From an uncultured Gammaproteobacteria bacterium (GTDB lineage Bacteria; Patescibacteriota; Patescibacteriia; Patescibacteriales; UBA12075), in the NCBI GenBank assembly GCA_964459725.1, contig CAYWNT010000001.1, positions 27,529-91,528 of the forward strand: a DNA stretch of 64,000 nt. Reading direction: 5' to 3'. This document shows positions 1-5,916 of this stretch, one piece after another. The position numbers were made by a program, and so were the translations under genes. Below the pieces are notes generated by a model. It was not told the origin of the DNA. It worked only from the letters and a program-made list of their open reading frames with translations, and did no database searches. Numbering within the stretch: the stretch's first letter is position 1; the number at the start of each line of letters is the position of its first letter.

Positions 1-2
1 GG

Positions 3-524
3 AATAAGGATGGCGATAGTAAGGAATTAAAAAAGGTAATAATAAAATGTGCTAAATTGCTGGCACATTTACGCGGGACAATTAATATTTGGAAAGAAAA
101 TGCTCAGGATAGTTTTGATTCGGGACATGTTACTACTAATATTGAAAAACCATATCGAATAGGACAGTTGTTTTATAATCTTTGCCGTGGTCATGCTTTA
201 GCTTGTGGGAGAAGCCAAATTTCAGAAGATGACTTAAGATTATTGATAGATATAGCGATTGATAGTGCTCCCAGTATTAGAGCAAAGATATTTAGGAAAT
301 TGCTTGATAATGATGGAAGTTTGACGACTGGTGAGGTTGAAAAATATTTAAACTGTTCTAGACCTACAGCGTTAAAAGAAATGAATACTTTTAAAGTTCT
401 TGGTGTTTGTCAGATTAAGAACGTAAGTCATAATAGAGTTGGTAATCCTGAAAAAACTATGTATTTAAGAGATGATTTTAAATGGTTTCTATCATATGAA
501 TGCAAAAAAATGAGAAGTATTTAA
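3..524 (+). CDS. Hypothetical protein of the integrated element, 5' end probably outside the window
   Basis: The frame is open from base 3 to TAA 522-524. The ORF track starts it at TTG 57, but there is no upstream in-frame stop. The C-terminal segment TTGEVEKYLNCSRPTALKEMNTFKVLG looks winged-helix/HTH-like. Confidence 0.45.
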   Translation, partial: NKDGDSKELKKVIIKCAKLLAHLRGTINIWKENAQDSFDSGHVTTNIEKPYRIGQLFYNLCRGHALACGRSQISEDDLRLLIDIAIDSAPSIRAKIFRKLLDNDGSLTTGEVEKYLNCSRPTALKEMNTFKVLGVCQIKNVSHNRVGNPEKTMYLRDDFKWFLSYECKKMRSI

Positions 525-591
525 ATACACAACGTCAGATTTATTTAAAGTATTAATTGATTAAAGAATTTTGACGTTGTGAGGAAGTGAA

Positions 592-846
592 ATGAATTAT
601 CAGAAAACAATACAAAATCGAATACAAAAGAATAAAAATAAGATGTTAGAATTTTTGATTGAAAATAATGGGAATGTTTGTGATTCATGTGATGAGCTTG
701 GTATTCATCGGTCTACTTTTTATAGATGGTTGGAAAAAGATAAGGAATTCAGAGAGAAAGCAGAGAAAATAATTTTTAAGGGAAGAAAATTTAAAGGAGA
801 TGAAACATTGTATGACCTTTGGAAATATTTGAAAATGTTGTCTTAA
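592..846 (+). CDS. Small helix-turn-helix protein (candidate excisionase/recombination directionality factor or regulator)
   Basis: 84 aa with the HTH-like segment CDELGIHRSTFYRWLEKDKEF. A purine-rich gaggaag lies 4 nt upstream of the ATG. The gene sits immediately upstream of the recombinase. Confidence 0.55.
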   Translation: MNYQKTIQNRIQKNKNKMLEFLIENNGNVCDSCDELGIHRSTFYRWLEKDKEFREKAEKIIFKGRKFKGDETLYDLWKYLKMLS

Positions 847-887
847 TTTTACAATATCTGATTACTACGTTACAATCATCAATTAAT

Positions 888-2564
888 ATGGAAATAACAA
901 AAAGAAAAATTAAATATTTTTTATACGTTAGAAAATCATCAGAATCAGAAGACCGGCAAGTGCAGTCAATTGATGATCAAATTAACAGGTTGAAAGAATT
1001 GGCTGGAAGTTTGGATTTGAAAATTGTAAAAACTTTTACTGAGTCAAAGTCAGCAAAAAAGCCAAATAATAGGCCGAAATTTGCAGAAATGGTGGAAATG
1101 ATTAAGGATGGTGAAGCGGATGGAATACTTTGTTGGCAGATTAATAGACTCTCTCGAAATCCTATTGATAGTGCTCAAGTGCAATGGTTGCTACAAGAAG
1201 GTGTTTTAAAGTCTATTCAAACTATCGATCGGCAATATTTACCTGATGATAATGTCTTATTGTTTAACGTAGAGAGTGGGATGGCGAATCAGTTTATACT
1301 GGATTTAAAAAAGAATGTGACTAGAGGGATGTATAGTAAGGCCGAAAGAGGCTGGATGCCCGGGCAGGCGCCGATTGGTTATTTGAATGATCGATCTACA
1401 AAAACAATTATCAAGGATCCTGAAAGGTTTGAGACAGTTAGAAAAATTTGGGATTTAATGCTGACAGGGAAATATTCAGTTCCTAGTATTTTGGATATTG
1501 TAAATGATGATTGGGGTTTTAAGCAAATCAAAAAAAGAAAAGTGGGAGGATGTCCAATGTCGAGGAGTGTGCTGTATAAAATGTTAACTAGTTTGTTTTA
1601 TACAGGTATTTTTAAGTTTGGTAAAAAGCAGTACCAAGGAAAGCATGAACCGATGATAAGTTTGGAAGAGTATGACAGAGTTCAGGAAATTTTGGGAAGA
1701 GCTGGGAAGCCTCGACCAAAACAACATGAATTTGCTTTTACTGGTATTATAACTTGCGGAGAATGTGGGAGTATGATTACTGCTTGTGAGAAAAGAAAAT
1801 TTGTAAAATCGGAAAACAAATTTAAGACTTATGTCTATTATGCTTGCACAAAAAGGAAGAAGGGGGTGAAGTGTAATCAAAAACCAATTACTTTGAAAAA
1901 TTTGGAAGATCAAATTGATAATAATTTGAAAAAAATTACTATTCTTCCAGAGTTTAAAGATTGGGCTTTGGAGGTTTTAAGAAAAAACAACGATCAAGAG
2001 ATTGAAGATAGGTCAAATATTTATGAAACTCAACACAAGGCTTTAACAAGCACGCAAAATGAATTAGATAACTTAACTAAAATGAGATATCGAGATTTGA
2101 TTAACGATGAAACGTTTATTAAGGAAAGAGATATCTTGCAAAATAAAATTGTAAGACTTCGAGAGAAGTTGCGAAATACAGAGAAGCGAGCTGATGACTG
2201 GTTAGAGTTAACTGAGAAAGCATTTCATTTTGCTACTTACGCCAGAATTCATTTTAAGAAAGGTAGTTTGGATGCAAAGAGAGATATTCTGAGAACGGTT
2301 GGAACTAAGTTTATAATGCGTGATAAAATACTTCAACTTTCGCATAAAAAATGGTTACAGACAATTGAAAAAGATTATCCGAAATTGGAGAGTGGTTATA
2401 AGCGGTTGGAACCGCTTGAAAACGTGGAACATAAGCAAAAAAGCGAGGACTTAACCTCGCTTCGTTCATCTTGGTGCTCCCAGATGGACTTGAACCATCG
2501 ACCCCCACGTTATAAGCGTGGTGCTCTAACCACTGAGCTATGGGAGCAAAATATTAAATTGTGA
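888..2564 (+). CDS. Large serine recombinase (integrase)
   Basis: Resolvase-type N-terminus YVRKSSESEDRQVQSIDDQ...CWQINRLSRN, a recombinase domain, a Cys4 zinc ribbon CGECGS...YYACTKRKKGVKC and a coiled-coil tail. The start is moved to ATG 888 (MEITKRKIKYF) from the track's 819. The last ~40 codons are antisense to the tRNA terminator and tRNA. Confidence 0.85.
   Translation: MEITKRKIKYFLYVRKSSESEDRQVQSIDDQINRLKELAGSLDLKIVKTFTESKSAKKPNNRPKFAEMVEMIKDGEADGILCWQINRLSRNPIDSAQVQWLLQEGVLKSIQTIDRQYLPDDNVLLFNVESGMANQFILDLKKNVTRGMYSKAERGWMPGQAPIGYLNDRSTKTIIKDPERFETVRKIWDLMLTGKYSVPSILDIVNDDWGFKQIKKRKVGGCPMSRSVLYKMLTSLFYTGIFKFGKKQYQGKHEPMISLEEYDRVQEILGRAGKPRPKQHEFAFTGIITCGECGSMITACEKRKFVKSENKFKTYVYYACTKRKKGVKCNQKPITLKNLEDQIDNNLKKITILPEFKDWALEVLRKNNDQEIEDRSNIYETQHKALTSTQNELDNLTKMRYRDLINDETFIKERDILQNKIVRLREKLRNTEKRADDWLELTEKAFHFATYARIHFKKGSLDAKRDILRTVGTKFIMRDKILQLSHKKWLQTIEKDYPKLESGYKRLEPLENVEHKQKSEDLTSLRSSWCSQMDLNHRPPRYKRGALTTELWEQNIKL
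2433..2462 (-). terminator. Rho-independent terminator of tRNA-Ile
   Basis: On the minus strand, directly after the tRNA 3' end, there is a stem aagcgagg/cctcgctt (2441-2448 / 2455-2462) followed by a U-run (complement of the A-run at 2435-2440). Confidence 0.6.
2472..2547 (-). tRNA. tRNA-Ile, anticodon UAU, CCA encoded
   Basis: A 76-nt cloverleaf was built by hand: acceptor GCTCCCA/TGGGAGC, D arm GCTC-AGTGGTTA-GAGC, anticodon arm CCACG-CTTATAA-CGTGG, variable GGGTC, T arm GATGG-TTCAAGT-CCATC, discriminator A, CCA. Confidence 0.85.
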
Positions 2565-2565
2565 C

Positions 2566-2712
2566 TCAGAATTTGGTCGAATCGACCCTTCCGACTTTAC
2601 GTCGGAGCGCTCTCCGCCCGAACGACTGACTCATTCAGTCGTGCAGGTAACCACTGAGCCCTGCCTGCCGGCAGACAGGAAGCTTCGAAGGGCAGGCCCT
2701 AGTTCGAAGCTT
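2566..2712. repeat. GC-rich multi-hairpin element upstream (5') of tRNA-Ile; member of a dispersed GC-rich motif family
   Basis: A run of hairpins: ggtcga/tcgacc, ccgac/gtcgg overlapping cggag/ctccg, acgactga/tcagtcgt, cctgcctg-ccgg-cagacagg, and aagcttcgaa...ttcgaagctt. It contains the 12-mer AGGGCAGGCCCT (2689-2700), which is also found at 22084-22095. The 12-mer taaccactgagc is shared with the tRNA D-arm region. Confidence 0.4.
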
Positions 2713-2740
2713 TATTAAACAAGACTCTATGTTGTATTGC

Positions 2741-2771
2741 GAATAAAAAATATTCTTACCAAAAAGAATAT
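2741..2771 (-). terminator. Rho-independent terminator of the DHH phosphoesterase gene
   Basis: Stem atattctt/aagaatat (2750-2757 / 2764-2771), followed on the minus strand by tttttattc. Confidence 0.6.
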
Positions 2772-2841
2772 CTATATATAACTTATCATTAAATTTTATT
2801 TTTTTCAAGCACTAAAGACGCTAAAACATGGTGGAAATATT

Positions 2842-3996
2842 TTAAATATTTTTTAATATTTTGGCGTGTTTATTTCTTATTTCGGAGACGACTTCTTTTT
2901 CTGCATTCTGAACATCAGTTTTTATGAGTGCCTTAGCGTAGTTTTTAGTTCCGGATGGACTGTATTTTTTGATCAGGTCTAGGGCATTGAAGTTTTTCAT
3001 AGCATGGACTAGAATTTTGGTGGCGACTTGTTCGTTTATTTTTGTCTCATAAATTATTACCACAATCTTTGATTGAGGTATATTTACGATCAATTCATCT
3101 ATTACGTCTGAGATATCATCCTCTTTTGTATTTGTTCGCGCAAAGTCATTTTCATTAAGAACCGACCAGACAATTTTATTGTCTGATGAGCTGGCTAGAC
3201 GAGCCAGAACTCGGCCCCAGAGTTTTAGGATGTTTAGGGATCTGGATCGATATAGCTTCTTTACAATTTGTTCTCGACGAGCGCCAAGTGAGATAAGGTC
3301 TGATGACACTGAAAGAACCTGGGGAGTGATACTTTTTGTTTTGTAATTTCTAGTTTTGGAAATGATCCCGGCCAGAAGACAGGTGGCCATATTTTCATCT
3401 ATCAATTCACGGGAGTAGCTTGTTAGAAGATTGAAAATAATTTCAGAGGTGGCAATCGATGTTATTTCCGTTTTATTGATCTGTCCGTATCCTTCGTTAT
3501 TTGAGTGGTGGTCGATATTGACTATTGGGACCTGGTAAAAAAACTCAGTATCTTTTTCAAAGATGCCACCAAGTGACTCCAGGTCAGACGTGTCTAGAGT
3601 TATGATGAGATCATAGCGAAATTCTCCAGAGCGTGACTTTATATCGTTTTGGGAAAAAAATCCGTCTTTTGGATAAATAACAAAATCAAGAGAATTAGCT
3701 TCGTTTCTGTATTTTACTTTGTTTATTTTTGCATTGGTGGTGTCTAGAGAGATAATGAATTTTCTAAGATTTTCAATTTCAGTGCCTATCATGCTAGCCC
3801 CAGGCAGAAAATCAAATACATTTTTCTGGTCTATCTTTTCAGCTATAATATCAAATTTCTTGTTTAGTTTTTTGAGCAAAATCCCCATAGCCAAAGCAGA
3901 CGCAACAGCATCGCCATTCCATTCTTTGTTAAAAGTAATTAATATATTTTGAGCCTTTTTTATTTGGTCAAAAATTTGTTGATCCTGATTTAACAT
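2842..3996 (-). CDS. DHH-family phosphoesterase (NrnA-like oligoribonuclease/pAp phosphatase family)
   Basis: 384 aa with N-terminal NGDAVAS (DHH motif I-like) and the VNIDHHSNN DHH motif. The overall layout is DHH plus a DHHA1-like C-terminal half. Confidence 0.75.
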   Translation of the reverse strand: MLNQDQQIFDQIKKAQNILITFNKEWNGDAVASALAMGILLKKLNKKFDIIAEKIDQKNVFDFLPGASMIGTEIENLRKFIISLDTTNAKINKVKYRNEANSLDFVIYPKDGFFSQNDIKSRSGEFRYDLIITLDTSDLESLGGIFEKDTEFFYQVPIVNIDHHSNNEGYGQINKTEITSIATSEIIFNLLTSYSRELIDENMATCLLAGIISKTRNYKTKSITPQVLSVSSDLISLGARREQIVKKLYRSRSLNILKLWGRVLARLASSSDNKIVWSVLNENDFARTNTKEDDISDVIDELIVNIPQSKIVVIIYETKINEQVATKILVHAMKNFNALDLIKKYSPSGTKNYAKALIKTDVQNAEKEVVSEIRNKHAKILKNI

Positions 3997-4024
3997 TTGG
4001 GGAAAATAATTTGTCTAATATATA

Positions 4025-4053
4025 AATATATATCATACAGTAAGTAGTGTCAA
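4025..4053 (-). promoter_or_regulatory. Sigma70-type promoter for the DHH gene
   Basis: On the minus strand: TTGACA (4053-4048), a 17-nt spacer, TATATT (4030-4025). Confidence 0.5.
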
Positions 4054-4178
4054 CAAGTGGACGCAAATTTTGTAAGATTATGATAAATTGAGATATATTT
4101 GTCAATTTTTCGTAAAATAAAAAGGAAGAAACATAAAATATTTGCTAATAGTATGTACATATTTATTGACAAATATTA

Positions 4179-4207
4179 TTGACGGATATTGAAAATTATC
4201 ATATATT
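4179..4207 (+). promoter_or_regulatory. Sigma70-type promoter for the 4259/4528 small-gene pair
   Basis: TTGACG 4179-4184, a 17-nt spacer, TATATT 4202-4207. It is embedded in a cluster of ATTGACAAAT boxes. Confidence 0.45.
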
Positions 4208-4258
4208 GACAAATTAGTAATAATATCTACAAGATTAGTTCAAAAGAGAGGATATATA

Positions 4259-4507
4259 ATGAAGAAAAAATATTTGGAATTAAGCAAGATGAGTATTGGA
4301 GTAATTATTGGACTAGGCTCTATCTATCCTTTTGATTCTTATTGGTATTTTGGTTTTATAATTGGAGTAGTTATTATGGGGTGGGGATGGCGAGAGTCTA
4401 TGAATCATCTAAAGACCGGAAGGCCGATACCAACTCACAAAATCGGAGGCTTGATTTTATTGATTGTTGTCATTGTTAATCTGATTAAGTTCTTTTTAAG
4501 CATTTAA
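4259..4507 (+). CDS. Small membrane protein (three predicted hydrophobic segments)
   Basis: 82 aa with hydrophobic stretches. An SD-like aaagagagga lies upstream. Confidence 0.5.
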   Translation: MKKKYLELSKMSIGVIIGLGSIYPFDSYWYFGFIIGVVIMGWGWRESMNHLKTGRPIPTHKIGGLILLIVVIVNLIKFFLSI

Positions 4508-4527
4508 TTTTACAAGAGAGGCAAATA

Positions 4528-4782
4528 ATGGAAAAGAAACCGTTTCATGAAGTGGTCTTGGATAAAATAGAAAAAAGAATTCCGTTGATTTTGAGTTCTG
4601 TTAGAGCAGAACAGGACATACATGAGTTTGGAGATATTTTGAAGGATTCTTTTTTGACGGAAGAAGTTGCGACGGAAACTGTTGCCAGATTGAACGATCT
4701 AACTGAAAAGCTTTCCGGCAAGGGCGATAGAAGGCGTGCGTTTGTTTATCTTGAAAATCTAATTAAAGAGTTGTCAGAATGA
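4528..4782 (+). CDS. Hypothetical small soluble protein
   Basis: 84 aa with SD-like agagagg 7 nt upstream. It is followed by a strong terminator. Confidence 0.5.
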   Translation: MEKKPFHEVVLDKIEKRIPLILSSVRAEQDIHEFGDILKDSFLTEEVATETVARLNDLTEKLSGKGDRRRAFVYLENLIKELSE

Positions 4783-4794
4783 CAACAAGCAATA

Positions 4795-4830
4795 CTGCCA
4801 GCAGGATTTATTCTTGCTGGCAGTTTTTTA
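4795..4830 (+). terminator. Rho-independent terminator
   Basis: 12-bp stem ctgccagcagga/tcttgctggcag with one G-U pair, followed by tttttta. Confidence 0.75.
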
Positions 4831-4845
4831 TTTTAAGTAGTGTTA

Positions 4846-4895
4846 GAAAATAAAAAAGCTGGTATCCTTGTTGGACACCAGCTTGTTGTTTTTGG
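4846..4895. terminator. Bidirectional terminator hairpin (serves minus-strand gene 4909-5733)
   Basis: Stem agctggt/accagct (4857-4863 / 4877-4883), flanked by an A-run on the left and a T-rich run on the right. Confidence 0.6.
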
Positions 4896-4908
4896 TTTGT
4901 TTTTACTC

Positions 4909-5733
4909 TTAGTCTTTTTTTAAAGAAAAAGAGAAATCCATTCCCTCGATTCTTTTCGAGGCTTTAAGGAGCCAGTTCAGCGATTTGGTGAATTCATCGA
5001 TTTCTGCATCGCTCATTGCTTCCTTTTCAACCTCACCAACATCGATCGAGCTCGATGGTGGAGCTTCACTTGTTGAGTCGCTATCATCCGGTTCAGGAGG
5101 TTTAGTCTCGGCCGTTGAGCTTTTTTTGGCTGACTTGTTAGGCGAAACTATGTCCATAAGTTCTGGACATTTGTCGAGGATGTAACTATATAGTACAGCC
5201 TCGGACCCATTTAACAATATTCTATACAGCTCACCAGCATCCAAAAGTGAAACCAGTGGATGCGCTACTCTGATGGTTATTGGCCTCTTTTTTGCCGGCT
5301 TGTAAAATAGTTTACTGACCGGGGATTTCATAATTTTGGAAAATGGGTTTCTTATATCATTTCCTGGTTTATCCCTGACAAGTTCGTTTATTAACTCATT
5401 TAGTTCTATAAGGGTAAATGATTTATCATGACCTAGTAGTATGGCCATGATTGCTTTTTGCAAGGGATCACCGCGTTTGATATGAGCGGAATTTCTTTCC
5501 CGCCCTTCTTTAACCAATGATTTCAGCTCTCTTGTTAATTTCTCAAACTCTTCTTCCATTACTTCCCCCGTTGTTAATTGTTTTACTTCGCTTATTTCTC
5601 TGTCAGTTACCGGTGATTCTTGAGCAGGAGCTGTGTATCTGGGAATACCTTGCCCTTCTGTAAAGATTTTTTGCACTCCTGATTTTACATCTGAATTTGT
5701 AAATCCTGTACTGCCATGTGTACGATCATTCAA
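4909..5733 (-). CDS. Hypothetical protein with an acidic Ser/Pro-rich C-terminal region
   Basis: 274-aa ORF with TTG start and SD ggggga 6 nt upstream. No motif was recognised. It looks more G+C-rich than its surroundings. Confidence 0.5.
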   Translation of the reverse strand: MNDRTHGSTGFTNSDVKSGVQKIFTEGQGIPRYTAPAQESPVTDREISEVKQLTTGEVMEEEFEKLTRELKSLVKEGRERNSAHIKRGDPLQKAIMAILLGHDKSFTLIELNELINELVRDKPGNDIRNPFSKIMKSPVSKLFYKPAKKRPITIRVAHPLVSLLDAGELYRILLNGSEAVLYSYILDKCPELMDIVSPNKSAKKSSTAETKPPEPDDSDSTSEAPPSSSIDVGEVEKEAMSDAEIDEFTKSLNWLLKASKRIEGMDFSFSLKKD

Positions 5734-5787
5734 TTCAAATCCCCCGTAGTTTGTTTATAAATTGTAACAATGGACAAATTATTAAAT

Positions 5788-5816
5788 AATATAGCAAATA
5801 TTCACAATTTTGTCAA
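5788..5816 (-). promoter_or_regulatory. Sigma70-type promoter for gene 4909-5733
   Basis: On the minus strand: TTGACA (5816-5811), a 17-nt spacer, TATATT (5793-5788). Confidence 0.55.
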
Positions 5817-5849
5817 TAGTTGAGTATGTTATTCTATTATCTTCTTGTA

Positions 5850-5878
5850 TTGAAAAAAAATAAGCACTTTGCTATTAT
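5850..5878 (+). promoter_or_regulatory. Sigma70-type promoter for valS
   Basis: TTGAAA 5850-5855, a 17-nt spacer, TATTAT 5873-5878. The leader to the ATG at 5917 is about 38 nt. Confidence 0.5.
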
Positions 5879-5916
5879 TAAGTAATAATTATAAGAATTA
5901 ATTTATTTAATATTAA

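Larger units (their letters stand above)
1..2417. mobile_element. Right-hand terminus of an integrated element (prophage or integrative element); the body lies left of the window and the exact junction is uncertain (about 2400-2470)
   Basis: Consecutive same-strand genes for a winged-helix-like protein, a small HTH protein and a large serine recombinase end directly against a tRNA gene. The dyad AAGCGGTT-GG-AACCGCTT at 2400-2417 lies just before the tRNA terminator. Confidence 0.5.

Noticed and set aside
1584-2508. Minus-strand ORFs 1584-1913 and 2311-2508
   Set aside because: They lie antisense within the serine recombinase gene. The second also runs through the tRNA and its terminator.
2566-2712. 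A second tRNA, tmRNA or tRNA with intron next to tRNA-Ile (prompted by the D-loop-like gctcagtggtta)
   Set aside because: I could not assemble an acceptor stem, a 5-bp T stem with a 7-nt loop, or a canonical anticodon loop on either strand. There is no tRNA-like 3' end with CCA. The region is kept only as a structured repeat element.
5850-5916. T-box or other riboswitch leader in front of valS
   Set aside because: The predicted leader is only about 38 nt and AT-rich, too short for a T-box. No specifier or terminator-antiterminator structure is visible.
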